The position numbers were made by a program, and so were the translations under genes. DNA of 64,000 nt. Origin: Octopus vulgaris (lineage: Eukaryota). The first letter of the stretch is position 1. Each line of letters opens with the position of its first letter. The stretch lies in contig OX597828.1 in the NCBI GenBank assembly GCA_951406725.2, forward strand, positions 65,100,001-65,164,000, written 5' to 3'. The notes beneath the pieces are model-generated. The model was not told the origin of the DNA. It saw only the letters and a list, made by a program, of their open reading frames with translations, and did not search any database. Shown here one piece after another: positions 14,719-27,160 of the stretch.

Positions 14719-16578
14719 TATATGTTACACCCCTTCTTTGTTTTGTTTGGATTATATTTTACTCTTCGCTAGAACCACATTTTAGATTTACCTGTGTGAT
14801 ACCTGAATTTCCTACAGCAGCAGACGTTGAAAATAAATGAAATCTAAAATTCATCTCAGCAAGATTTGAATACAGACGTTAGAGACTTGCATCAAATATC
14901 GCTTCATATATCTGGTCCAACACTCTCACAGCATTTTCACAAATGCTAACAGCTTTGCCATTTCGCTGCCTTTCATAATTACTTACACACACATACATGT
15001 ACACCTAAACGTATTTTCAGCCACTTCTTCACACACGTATATGTATATATAAACACATTTTCAACCATTTACACACACACACATGTTTATATAAATATAA
15101 ATACATTTTCCTAGGCACGTATTTATCGGAAACTGTTTAAGTACTCTAATACGATAACTCAACGTTAATATTATTACATGAATTATTCCACCGAGTTAAA
15201 CTTTGGTTGTTGAACACTAGGGTTGATGTAATCGATTTACCCCTTTCCCCTAAAATTATTGGCTTTGTACCAAAATTTGAAACCAATGTTATTAGATCAA
15301 TTAGAAATTTGGACACTAAGTTTTCAGAAATAAGTCTATGAACGGTTGATAATGTATATTTGCTATTATATATTTATGAATATAAATTCTTATGAAAACT
15401 GAAGCATAGATATGATGAAAACAGAATAGACTATACAATATCGTATATAAGTCATATATTCATACCTTATATATGACGTTGTATAGATTAATAGGTATAA
15501 ATATTTAATACGAAATGAAGAAGAAATGTCGTTGCAACGATAAGAAATAAGAAAAGTGGTGATCAGTGTGATACTCGGCTACGAAGTAAATTAAATTATA
15601 TAACCACCTGTATTCCTTATAATTCTATACAAAAATTTTGATTTTCATTCTATCCCACTTTTATTTCATCATATTTCCACTATTATCTCCCATTTAGTTG
15701 TAAATATCTTTTATGTATATATCATTTTATATTTTTAACAGAAACATTATTAGAAAAATATTTTCCTAGAAGTAATTTCATATACGAGTAATAAAGTGAA
15801 ACTGATCGGTGAGGTCTGGGTAGCTGGAATTATGAAATTGATGGCAACAGGGAAGCTATCCCGAACTCCTTGAGCCGTGGTAGACATCAAAGGCTCGATA
15901 GCAGTGAAGGTTTTAAGGAATTCAGTATGGAAGTGACTGAATGTTTTGATTAGGTAGTAAACAGTGTTACGGAAACATAGAGCGAGGAAAAAGGAGACAT
16001 CGAATTAACAAAGTGCGCAAGCCTGTATATACTAATACAAAAAGTACTTTAGAATTACACACAAATGCATACACATACTCAAAGATACGTATGCACATAC
16101 ATACATATACATATTGTTTTCATCATATATATTCGGATGATTCTGGATGCCGCTGTTTTCCTCCAGATGAAGCATCTTACAATTAACATCTGAAATATAA
16201 AATAACATAATCTGCCTTCAAAAACATTCTGTACCTATTAACCATTTGTCTCAGAGTAGCAGAACGTGTGTCTGTGTGTCTATGAGTGGGCGAGATCAAA
16301 GCAGCAGAAACGAAACAAAGCTCTGAAAAACAATGCCACTGAAGAAAGGAAGTAAAATAGCATAAACTCAGAAAAACAACAGACAAATTTAATTAGGCCC
16401 ATTAAATCACTCCACTAATCACATAATTCAAATACATGCTGGATGTACTATTGCGACGTATATGATATACTGTAATGTATAGGATACACTGCAATGTGGT
16501 GCCCAGCTATAATGTAACGCTATAATGCAATGATTAAAACCAGAATGTAAAAACGTGTATGTGTGTATATATATATAT

Positions 16579-16815
16579 ATGGCCCAATGGTTAGGGCAGC
16601 GGACTCGCGGTCGGAGGATCGCGGTTTCGATTCCCGGACCGGGCGTTGTGCGTGTTTATTGAGCAAAAACACCTAAAAGCTCCACGAGGCTCTCGCAGAG
16701 GGTGGTGGTGACCCGTGTTGTATTCTTTCGCCACAACAATTTTCTCTCACTTTGTGTTCCTGTTTCTTGAATAACGCTGCGATGGACTGGCGTCCCGTCC
16801 ACCTCGGGGGAACAC
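16579..16815 (+). mobile_element. SINE group C with V-domain-like 3' module
   Basis: Group-C head followed by ctgcgatggactggcgtcccgtcc, resembling the V-SINE core. Confidence 0.8.
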
Positions 16816-16829
16816 TAGAATCATCTTTC

Positions 16830-17870
16830 ATATCACGCTTTCTGATCAAAATATAATCTGAGATGCCAGTCCTTAGATCGTGGGTGCATTCAGGTGGTTT
16901 TATACTTATTTTTCTGCTTAAATAGTGTTGGTAACACCCAGATAATTCTCAGTACAAAACGTCAAAAAGAGCTACTCTATTTTTATTACAATTTCTAATA
17001 CTTTGACGGTCTAAAACAGGCCATGAAATGTAGTCATTGCCAAATCTTGCGTTGAAATATCCCAGTATGACCAGCTTGTCAGAAACCGGTACTTTCCTCA
17101 ATAATTGTGCTAGATCGTCATAAAACTGTCCTACAGTTTCATCAGATTGAGACATTGTTGGTGCATAAATACTGAAAATGGTAAGAAACCTACCTTTTGT
17201 CAGTTTTATACGTCATGACATGATTCGTTCAGATATACCACTTGGGAAGTCAGCAATGGAGGATACTAATGAATTCTTAAGAGCAAACCCAACACCAGAT
17301 TCTCTACGCTGACCCTCAGGTAGGTATCTGCAGAAGATAGTAAATCCATAAGTAGATTCATTTATTTTACCCTTACCAGAGAAACGAGTTTCAGAGAGCG
17401 CAGCTATATCAAGAGAATAGTTTTAAAGCTCACAGGCAATAGGTGCAGTACGCCTGCGTGGGCTCTTGTTGAAATTATCATCAAGAAATGTACGCACATT
17501 CCAACAGCCAAAATTAAGAGGATATGCATTTTCACTTCTTCTTGAAGATTTTTTACCACAGTGGGAGGATGATGGCGGGGCCCAGCCTGCGACATACTGG
17601 GACACCTGGCGAGCCAGACTTGTTCCCTTGACGTTTCCAAGCCTTTTTTGCCATTACTGAATCTGTTTGAGACATTTTAGAGTAAGTTGCAAGCGCATTT
17701 TTAGGTTTCTGCTAACCAATTCAATGATTTCACTAAGATATGGTGTACAAGAAGTAACTGTGCAGATGAATAATTTTTTAGTGGATGTAGCTTGCACTGC
17801 ACTACTACCAACTATTGACTCAAGAAGAGTTTCGCCAGTGTGACACGAAAATTGACAAAACCGGGAACTT
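16830..17870 (-). mobile_element. RTE-clade LINE 5' part (APE endonuclease), degraded
   Basis: GCWNVRTFLD...RRTAPIACEL...DIAALSETRF...ESGVGFA...IYAPTMSQSDETVGQFYDDL...KLVILGYFNARFG across frameshifts. Confidence 0.9.
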
Positions 17871-17974
17871 CCAAGGCCTCAGGTTTTATTTTGGACTAAA
17901 AAGCACGCACATTGATACACACACACGCCACATCACACACACACACACACACATGCACACTACGTTGGACTTCT

Positions 17975-18075
17975 TTAAGCTTACGCTTACCAAATCCATT
18001 CACAAGGCATTGGCCGGGTCAGGTACTGAACGCGTAACAATTTGGTTGGGAAGCATACTCCTTACCACATAGCTA
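17975..18075 (-). mobile_element. SINE group B head fragment
   Basis: accaaatccattcacaaggcattgg...tactgaac...ggttgggaagca...ttaccacatagc. Confidence 0.65.
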
Positions 18076-18096
18076 TACATATATGTATATATATAT

Positions 18097-18138
<42 letters not shown>

Positions 18139-18142
<4 letters not shown>

Positions 18143-18300
18143 TATATAAAAGGGCTTAGTAAAATAAATTACTTCGCCTTATATAATGTTACTAAGCCCT
18201 TTTATATAATGTAATAATTTGAATTCGCCTTAAATGGTCCCTTTGCATACTGAATACTTGGTGAAATTGATTAATTAATTAATTTTACCCTCAATTGTTG

Positions 18301-18308
<8 letters not shown>
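18139..18308. mobile_element. Terminal piece of the 22180-22700 element with a 24-bp hairpin
   Basis: 18190-18298 is the reverse complement of 22183-22290; arms acattatataaaagggcttagtaa / ttactaagcccttttatataatgt. Confidence 0.75.
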
Positions 18309-18349
<41 letters not shown>

Positions 18350-18418
18350 ATATACATATATATATGTATATGTACATATATATATATATTAGAAGGTTTG
18401 GAGATGATGTACAGGTAT

Positions 18419-18703
18419 TATATATTAGAAGAAATGAGGTACTCAGAAATCTGGATGGCTTTATATTTACAGATATTTATTAGTATGTTACATGTTTTTA
18501 GAAATCATACATCATATTATAGCGCTTTCGTCCATTCTAGTGGAGTTTTCAAATTGAACTGTAGTTTTCAAATTATTCAATTTGAAAACTCCACTAGAAT
18601 GGACGAAAGCGCTATTGTATGATATATGATTTATAAAAGCATGTAACATACTAATAAATATCTGTAAATATCATCCAGATTTCTAAGTACCTCATTTCTT
18701 CTA

Positions 18704-18710
<7 letters not shown>
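18419..18710. repeat. Fold-back element with U3-A8 hammerhead-like motif
   Basis: Arms ~18419-18559 and ~18575-18710 within (TA)n; TTGAAAA-cTCCA-ctagaa-TGGAc-GAA-AGCGCT-A at 18582-18614, mirrored on the other arm. Confidence 0.85.
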
Positions 18711-18736
<26 letters not shown>

Positions 18737-18757
18737 TATATATATATATATATATGC

Positions 18758-18792
<35 letters not shown>

Positions 18793-19818
18793 CATATAGA
18801 TACACATGTGACTATATAGAATATTGATGGTCAAGAATGTGTTAATCAGTTTCTTGGATATGCTTGTGTCGTTTGTGTTCAGAAACGGAAATAGCTTTAG
18901 GCTTCCAAGAGAGAAAAAGCGATATTAGCAATCAGACGTTATCAGGCCGCCATCGATTTTATCCAGCGTTTCAAGACATTATCAACGGAATCGCAGGCGC
19001 TCAATAAAGGCCATCACCCAACAGCTAAAAGTTGGCTGATGTTTGCTGCATCAATCAAGGGCTCACATGATAAAGAAAGGGTGGTCCATGCCCAGCAACG
19101 TCTGCGATTAGCATGTTATTATGTGACCCCAGGTCTTTTAGCTCTTCTGAATTTGCCCCACTGGACAGCTATATTTGAAGTATCGTCAAGGCGAGAGATT
19201 AACAGTCCCCTTATATGCTAAGGACATATTCGGGGATGAAGTCTTGCGCGTGTTGGACAGTTTATGCGGATCCACTTATGGTATTCGGGAGCTTCCCTGG
19301 CGATGTTTTTATGAATATGCCTTTAATAATATTTTGTTCTGCTACGGCTCGTCTGCTTTGGTTATTGCTTGCATCATCTGAGAAGCAGTATTCACATTTG
19401 CTTTATTGTGTTCAAGTAATTATGTAATTAGATCTTGTTCGTCCTGAAAGATGTAGATGCAAGTTGATCAGTGGTTATCATCTTAAAGAAAGTATTACTG
19501 GTGTCGATCAACAGCAGAATATATTACAATTGGAGTCCAAACGCCAAACAATCTTATATTTCGTTAAACTGTTAAAATGCGTAACCCTAGGCCCCATCCT
19601 ACAGCCGCACAAAATTTTCTCCTTATTACTACTGCCATAGCTCGTCAGAAATACTCCTTCATTTATCCCTAGAACTACTTTCCTCTGAAATTCTTTCCAT
19701 ATCAAATTTATGCTGCATATATCACCCAACGAATGATAAGATTAACACTAATTGCAACAGTCTCCCATGAGAAAGTCTCGTAGATCATAACATCGTCCCT
19801 CGTGCAGGTATTAAACAT

Positions 19819-20258
19819 TTGTTTCGAATTTTGGCGCAGGTCAGCAATCTCGGGGGAGGGGTAAGTCGACTATATCGACCTCACTGCTCGACTGGTACTT
19901 ATTTTATCTGTCCCAAAAGGATGAACCTCCAAGACGACCCCGACGTGATTCGAAATCAGGACGTAAAGTCGGAAGAAATACCTAATTTCTTTACTACCCA
20001 CAAGGAGCTAAACAGAGAGGAGACAAACAAGGACAGACAGACGGATTAAGTCGATTACATCGACCCCAGTGCGTAACTGGTACTTGAAAGGATGAAAGAC
20101 AAAGTCGACCTCGGTGGAATTTGAATTCAGAACGTAACGGCAGACGAAATACGGCTACGCATTTCGTCCGGCGTGCTAACGTTTCTGCCATCTCACCGGA
20201 AGAAATACCACTAAGCATTTTATCCGGCGCGATAACGATTCTGCCATTTTGCTGTCTT
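19819..20258 (-). mobile_element. Nested SINE-A inside an older SINE-A
   Basis: Inner copy 19983-20196 is flanked by the 13-bp TSD cggaagaaatacc (19970-19982, 20197-20209); the outer copy resumes at 20210. Confidence 0.9.
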
Positions 20259-20951
20259 GCAGTTATTAAATATTGGTAAATGAAATCACTACACAATTCG
20301 TACGTTGTTATTAACCGTAGAAAACCTCAAATATAATTGAAAGATTTCATTCTTACCTTTTTGAACAATATAGCGAGTAGATTTGGCTTTTGTTGTAGGA
20401 GAAGCTCCTTGGAGCATGCTCAACGATATAGCTCTTAATGTGATGCCGACTACATTGTGCAAGACATCAACGTTTGATGTAAGCGAAATATTTTGCAGGA
20501 TATTTCGGGGAAAGATATGCAAAGTCAGTTAGCTGCCAAAACTGTTGTATGTCATCGGTATCAGCCGTTCGTTTCCGTGGTAACAGAGAAGTGTTTAGAC
20601 GAGGTCATCCAATAACGCACATTCCACACTTTGTTAGTCAGCTAAAGCTTTACAACTTTTTCAAGACGCCATGTGTCCTGAAAATCCACAATATTTGATT
20701 TGCATGCCAACAACCATGATTTCGCAGCCAGTAGAATGCTTTTTTTTTTAATTCTTTTTCCAACAACCTCTCCCATTTTCTTACTGCCTCATCTTCCCCG
20801 GCCTTACTTTCTACATATGTCATGCTACTGATTTTTTTCTTATTCTGCGGATACACATACAGATTTATAAAAATATTTCCTTGTATCGGTAAACACAGAA
20901 TATATATATGTATATCACATCTATACATATATATATATACACACCCACACA

Positions 20952-21023
<72 letters not shown>

Positions 21024-21127
21024 CATATATGTATATACATACATATATATATATGTATATATATATACACATATATATATACATACACATATATATATAT
21101 ACACACACATATATATATATACATATA

Positions 21128-21184
21128 TAATTTTTTTTTATCTAGTTTCAGCTCACGAGCTGTGGCCATGCTGGGGCACCGCCA
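21128..21184 (-). mobile_element. Short 3' stub of a CR1-tail retroposon
   Basis: Poly-T followed by atctagtttcagctcacgagctgtggccatgctggggcaccgcc; same family as 2909-2970. Confidence 0.7.
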
Positions 21185-21193
21185 TATGTATAT

Positions 21194-21233
<40 letters not shown>

Positions 21234-21321
21234 AGATACACACATATTATATACATATATATATACATACACATACACATATATGTATATATGTATGTAT
21301 ATATACACACACATATATATA

Positions 21322-21562
21322 TAGTATAGAAGATCATGCGTAAAGCCAAAACAATGAGAAGTAAATGCAAGGTAAATCACAAGAAAACAAATATGTGAAT
21401 TAATGTAGGCTTACCTTGTATTCAGTTTCTTGAGAATGGGGTCATAACCCCGAAATATTGAATACAAGGTAAGTCTACATTAATTCACATATTTGTTTTC
21501 TTGTGATTTACCTTGCATTTACTTCGCATTGTTTTGGCCTTACCCACGATCTTTTATATAAT
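21322..21562. repeat. Fold-back element with a hammerhead motif as the loop
   Basis: ~108-bp arms (21322-21429 and 21452-21562) enclosing TTGAGAA-T-GGGGT-cata-ACCCC. Confidence 0.9.
21425..21465 (+). ncRNA. Putative minimal type-I hammerhead ribozyme (U3-A8 core variant)
   Basis: Helix I gtttc/gaa(t)ac; core UUGAGAA (21430-21436) plus one extra U; helix II GGGGU/ACCCC; GAA; palindromic helix III AUAU; H17=U. Confidence 0.6.
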
Positions 21563-22116
21563 ATATTCTACACAATGCTTCACAGTAGTTATTCCATACC
21601 TCCAAAACACACAATACACACTCATAGAGACACGCACACAATTACACACACATGGGCATAAACACAGACACACATACAAGCACCCACGCACGTAAGCACA
21701 AGCACGCACGAACATATACACAGGAACGCACATATACGCTTACACAAACCCCACACACAACACCCACACAACCCAGCACACACGCATACACAAAATCACA
21801 TACACACATACATATACATACACACACACGCACGTTATTTCAGATCATATGTATTTTTTTGTTCTTTTTTGATAGGTTCACGTAATGGAGAATGCAAGAT
21901 ATTGGAATCATTTAGCTTTAGATTCCCAGACCATCACTCCTACGTGGGTCGAACTGTAGGTGTTTGTACATTTTGTTAGGATATCAAGTTTAAAAAATCG
22001 GTATAAGTGGATACGTCAAACAAGTGAGTCGAGTCCCATTTTCCCGCTGTAGGAATCTTCGGGAAACAGAAGTAACGTCCTCGCGTTCAAAACGATTCAC
22101 ATATCGAGGTCGCATA

Positions 22117-22179
<63 letters not shown>

Positions 22180-22182
<3 letters not shown>

Positions 22183-22700
22183 ATTGAGGGTAAAATTAAT
22201 TAATTATTAATCAATTTCAGCCATCTGAATGTATGCAAAGGGACCATTTAAGGCGAATTCAAATTATTACATTATATAAAGGGCAGTAAAATAAATTACT
22301 TTGCCCAGGCGACTCATTAGACGTCACCAAAAAAGAGCCGAATACTAGAATCCGGTGTCCTATAGTGTTTGCTCAACTCAACTCACAAAGGGAGATCAGC
22401 CTCCCCAAATGCAAGGATTTGAGAACGTACGTTTCAAGATTAGTCAACACGGACCGGTTTCGAGTCGAAACCGGTCCGTGTGTAGCATCCGTATCTTCGG
22501 GGAGGCTGATCTCCCTTTGCAGGCTAGCAAGGACACCGTGATGGTGTCGGCTCTTCTGGTGACGTCTATAGTCGCCTGGGGCTAAATGCATCAGTAACAC
22601 CCCCACCACCCCGCCCTGTCCCTAGCCACATTCAGATGGCTGATCCCGCTTATATTACAGAGCAGTTACTGTTTATACCTCGCTTAGAGATTTATTATTA
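22180..22700. mobile_element. Penelope-like/retrozyme-like non-coding element containing a ~277-nt rod hairpin
   Basis: Bounded by (TA)n; left part shared with 18139-18308; six nested perfectly complementary blocks 22304-22580. Confidence 0.6.
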
Positions 22701-22737
22701 TATATATATACATATATATAAACTCATATACATACAT

Positions 22738-23082
22738 GATGGCTGCCCCCTCGTTATCGAGTATGGCCATTGCACGAAGCTTAACTGTTATCAGTGCTCT
22801 GATCGAATGTGACTCTTTAGCCCAGCTAAAGATCTACAATATCTTGTACAGAATTGGAAGCTAAAACCTTTACCGGCAATAGCCGGCTGTAGTTGTAAAT
22901 GGGTTTCATGTACCTTTGCATGTCGTTTAAGTCCTCCCGCCGAATTACACTCCCTTCTACATACCTGGTAGATAGGATTACTATGGTGTGTAACACCACC
23001 ACCAGTGGCCTGGTTGTCAATCATCTGTTTCGCTTTACGACTACGAAGATGACTCTTGAGTCCAGCTTTACTGAGGCAAGAC
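22738..23082 (-). mobile_element. RTE-clade LINE 3' end with C2H2-like fingers
   Basis: CLSKAGLKSHLRS / VCRRECNSAGGLKRHAKVH / FCTRYCRSLAGLKSHIRSEH*, then a short 3' UTR ending gcagccatcat; inserted in (CATA)n. Confidence 0.75.
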
Positions 23083-23631
23083 ATATATGCATACATACAT
23101 ACATACATACATACATACATACATACATACATACATACATACATACATGCACATGCACCGCTATAGATTCATGTATACACATATATACAATAATTGATTA
23201 AATAAACAGATATATGTAAATAATGAATATAGTAAATCAAAATGCTCACTAGACTTACAAGGAAATTTAAGAATGAAGTGTAAAGCGGGATATGTCGGAG
23301 ATAAAAAATAAGTTGAGAGATAAAGTTCTAGCAACAAGTCATTTCTAATATTATAGGGGAACTACTGTAAGCCAAGACCAATTGACGATGAATTGTAGTA
23401 ACAGCGGGAAAAGAATTTCAGACAGTATAAATATATATATTCGTACTTATGTATTTCTCTGCCAATCATAAGTTGAGTAGATTTTTTTTTTAATTAACAG
23501 CTCGTTATATTTATGAATTAGACCTGATTTTCATTTCAGAATTTCAAGTGTCTTCACGGAACACTCCATTTACATGGAAATGCAGTTTATATAATAGATT
23601 ACGAAACGGAGTGATTTATAATTTTGCTATA

Positions 23632-23845
23632 AGGCGGCGAGCTGGCAGAATGTTTAGCACGCCGGGCAAAATATTTTATGGCATTGCATCCGTCTTTATG
23701 TCCTGGGTTCAAACTCCGCCGAGATCAACTTTACCTTTCATCATTTCAGTGTCGATATAATAAGTTCCGGTTGAGCACGGGAATCAATATAACCGACTGA
23801 CCCCCTCCTCTAAGCTTACTGACCTTGTGCCAAAATTTGAAATTA
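23632..23845 (+). mobile_element. SINE group A (tail type 2)
   Basis: aaggcggcgagctggcagaa head; ends gaccttgtgccaaaatttgaaa. Confidence 0.85.
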
Positions 23846-24039
23846 TATTTTTGTCTTTCAAATCCCAGATTAACTTTACTAAAGACGTGCTACGTAATTA
23901 CTTCTTTAATGTAAAAGAATGTTCATGATTATTCAACCTCGCCTTAAGTACCGTTGCAGTAACCCCGTTATCAGGAAGAAACATATACTATATTCTTACA
24001 GGGTCATTGATATTTCAAAAGGCTATTACATCTATCTCT

Positions 24040-24431
24040 GTGGAGGCGCAATGGCCCAGTGGTTAGGGCAGTGGACTCGTGGTCATAGGATCGCGGTTTC
24101 GATTCCCAGACCGGGCGTTGTGAATGTTTATTGAGCGAAAACACCTAAAGCTCCACGAGGCTCTGGCAGGGGATGGTGTGGTGATCCCTGCTGTACTCTT
24201 TCACCACAACTTTCTCTCACTCTTACTTCCTGTTTCTGTTGTACCTGTATTTCAAAGGGCCGGCCTTGTCACTCTCTGTGTCACGCTGAATATCCCCGAG
24301 AACTACGTTAAGGGTACACGTGTCTGTGGAGTGCTCAGCCACTTACACGTTAATTTCACGAGCAGGCTGTTCCATTGATTCTGATCAACCGGAACCCTCG
24401 TCGTCGTAACCGACGGAGTGCTTCCACCACC
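24040..24431 (+). mobile_element. SINE group C, full length with a distinct tail
   Basis: 12-bp TSD acatctatctct at 24028-24039 and 24432-24443. Confidence 0.9.
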
Positions 24432-25393
24432 ACATCTATCTCTACACTTCCATAAAATATCAGGTTTACTAAGTAGTGAAGCAACATTATTTTTATCTTT
24501 ACTAATGTTTTTTTTTATTTTTACTAACGTAAACAATAGTACAATAGTTACTAACAATAGTACAATTCTTCTCACTTTGATGAGTATTATTAATGGGGTA
24601 TATACTAAATATAGACGAACGACAAGAATCGTTATTAATACTTAAGTAATTACCAATAGTGTTTAATTTTCTACCGCTTACGCTGGCTATATTATCAGCG
24701 AAGTTCAAAGAATTAGAATGCGGAAATTTAAGTGAGTGTCTATTAATCAGATAATATATAACATTTTGTAGAAGGAGGAAGCTGTTTATCTAAAGTACGG
24801 AAAATATTGTAGGATGTCCGCGGACACCTTCATATGAAAGACGAGTTGCACCACAGGATTGTTGACTTGTATAATCGATTGTATGTATAAATATGTATAT
24901 GCATATTCCTTGTTTTCTTTGTCTTTTACTAAAACCAGTCTAAGTGTCGTGGCCATGCCGAATCAACGCCCTAGCTACTACTACCGTTTCCATAGCCTCC
25001 CTTTTGCAACTAGCTTTTGGTGAAGGAGGGAACTCAATACACACTCTGCACTTCTTGCCTAATACTAGAGAGTGTACCCATGCGTTTCCTTAATACATTT
25101 ATATACTTTTCATGGACGTTTCCCATTTACTTTGAGATATCGGCAAATTTTCAATCCTAAGCTGTGAACTTCAAGAGTATACAATAGCATGTTTTGATGA
25201 TAGGTACAGCCCTTCCGGAAGTTTAGTACTTGTCTCCTAAGGTTCCTCCTTGCACGTCTCCCCCATCTCTTCTACAGATTAGTGGAGTTTCATTCTATCA
25301 CTGTTGCATACTTGTTGCATTGAGGTTATTGTGTTTGTCCACTTTGGGATTTCTTCTAATTCTGATATTAGTCTGTTAGGTGATATGTGCGTG

Positions 25394-25435
<42 letters not shown>

Positions 25436-25498
25436 CACACACATACACACACACATGAATGTGTGTAAATATTCATGTTTATATGTATGTTTATCTAT

Positions 25499-25560
<62 letters not shown>

Positions 25561-25634
25561 TTTATGCATATATATCCGCGTGCACATATGCACACACATA
25601 CACATTCGCGCGCACATAAATATACATAAAATAC

Positions 25635-25675
25635 GCAGCAACAGCAGCAGCGGCGGCGGCAGCGGCAGCAGTGGC

Positions 25676-25734
<59 letters not shown>

Positions 25735-25790
25735 CAGCAGTAGCAATAATAGTAGTAGTAGTAGGAGGAGGAGGAGGAGGAGGAGGGGGA
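25635..25790. repeat. Compound trinucleotide repeat (GCA/GCG/AGT/GGA)
   Basis: Direct reading; explains the poly-S and poly-L ORFs. Confidence 0.9.
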
Positions 25791-25949
25791 TGGCGAAGAG
25801 CTGGCGGAGAAGAGCTGGTGCAATAGCAGGATGGGGCGGAGAAAGTGCCTTAGAGACCGACTTCTTTTTATGTGTGTGTTTGTGTGAAGTGTGCGCGCGC
25901 GCATGTGTGTTTGTTTGTGTGTGTGTGTGTGTGTGTCTTTGTGTTTGTA

Positions 25950-26135
25950 TTTGTACCCAACCACCGCTCGACATCCAGTGTTGGTTTGTCTACATCTTCG
26001 TAACTGAACAGATCGGCAAAAAAGAAACCGATGGAAAGGTACTAGGCTCAAAAAATAAGTAGTCGGGACGATTTCAATGACTAAACCCATCAAGCTGGTT
26101 CTCCAGCATGGCCGCGGTCCAACGACTGAAATAAT
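25950..26135 (+). mobile_element. Diverged SINE-B 3' half
   Basis: cgtaactgaacagatcggcaaaa...ctccagcatggccgcggtccaacgactgaaa. Confidence 0.7.
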
Positions 26136-26667
26136 GGGAAAAATACTTTACTTGATGAACCCTAGAAGGATGAAAGGCAAAAGGCAAAGATAACCTTGGC
26201 GTAATTTGAACCAAGAATATAAAGTGCTGTCCCTCAATGCAAGGAACTTTATATTTGGTTCAAGCAATTATTTCGCTCCACAAATATGATCCCTTGACCT
26301 GACTTATGTAGTTACTTAAAGATCACAGATCTTTATTATTCTGATATCAACAAGTTTTATAACGTTGATTCTGACTTTCTCACCCTCACGAAAATAGAAA
26401 TTTAATATGATTCGGTATAAGATTAAGTCTTAGAAGTCGTGTATGTAAATACCGTAAACTCTCTTTGATTAGCTTATGAACTTTGCTTATCATACAAATA
26501 GTCACGTAGAAAGAGGTCAGAGCAACCATAACTATTTTCCTATGAAAGACATCATTATAAAAGTTATATCAACAAGTTGATTTCATTTCCTCGTTATCAA
26601 GTGTTCATAGTTAAGTGGTTATGTTTAAAATGTGATGGGCTGATTGACATTATTACTTCGCGGTAGT

Positions 26668-26888
26668 TAAGGCGACGATGAAGCACAAACGTTAGCGCGT
26701 CGAACAAAATGCTTAGTGGCATTTCTTTCGTCTCTTTACGTTCTGAGCTAAAATACTGTCAGGCTCAACTTTACCTTTCGTCCTTTCGGGGTCGACAATA
26801 CAAAGTAGGTGTCAATGATTGGGGTCGATGTAATCGACTTGCCCTCTCTCTCTAAAATTGCTGCCCTTGTGCCAAAATTTGAAACACT
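26668..26888 (+). mobile_element. SINE group A (older, tail type 2)
   Basis: Matches the group-A body; ends cccttgtgccaaaatttgaaac. Confidence 0.8.
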
Positions 26889-26991
26889 TATTTCCGCTCC
26901 CCCCCCGGAAGTATGTACATCCCATGCATAGTAGATACACATATCACAGGATGACGAAGTGACTCTATGTACAGTAATATTTCGCCAACAG

Positions 26992-27160
26992 AAGGCAGCG
27001 AGCTGGAGTAATCGATAGCACGCCGGGCAAAATGCTTAACGGTATTTCGTCCGTCTTTACGTTCTGAGTTCAAATTCCACCGAGGTCGACATTGCCCTTC
27101 ATCCTTTCGGGGTCGATAAAATAAGTGCCAATTGTACACTGGAGTCGATGTAATTCACTT
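26992..27160 (+). mobile_element. SINE group A without tail, abutting a LINE ORF1
   Basis: Similarity ends at gatgtaattcactt. Confidence 0.85.

Noticed and set aside
22030-22066. CCGAAGA...GGGAAA on the minus strand
   Set aside because: Helix III and the cleavage triplet cannot be assigned; at best a highly degenerate remnant.
16830-23082. RTE endonuclease and RTE 3' end as one element
   Set aside because: On the minus strand the 3' end lies upstream of the 5' part; the order is incompatible with a single copy.
24045-24115. tRNA-like sequences at SINE heads (also 16580, 53880, 59540)
   Set aside because: They lack a complete cloverleaf/acceptor stem and continue into SINE bodies, so they are not functional tRNA genes.
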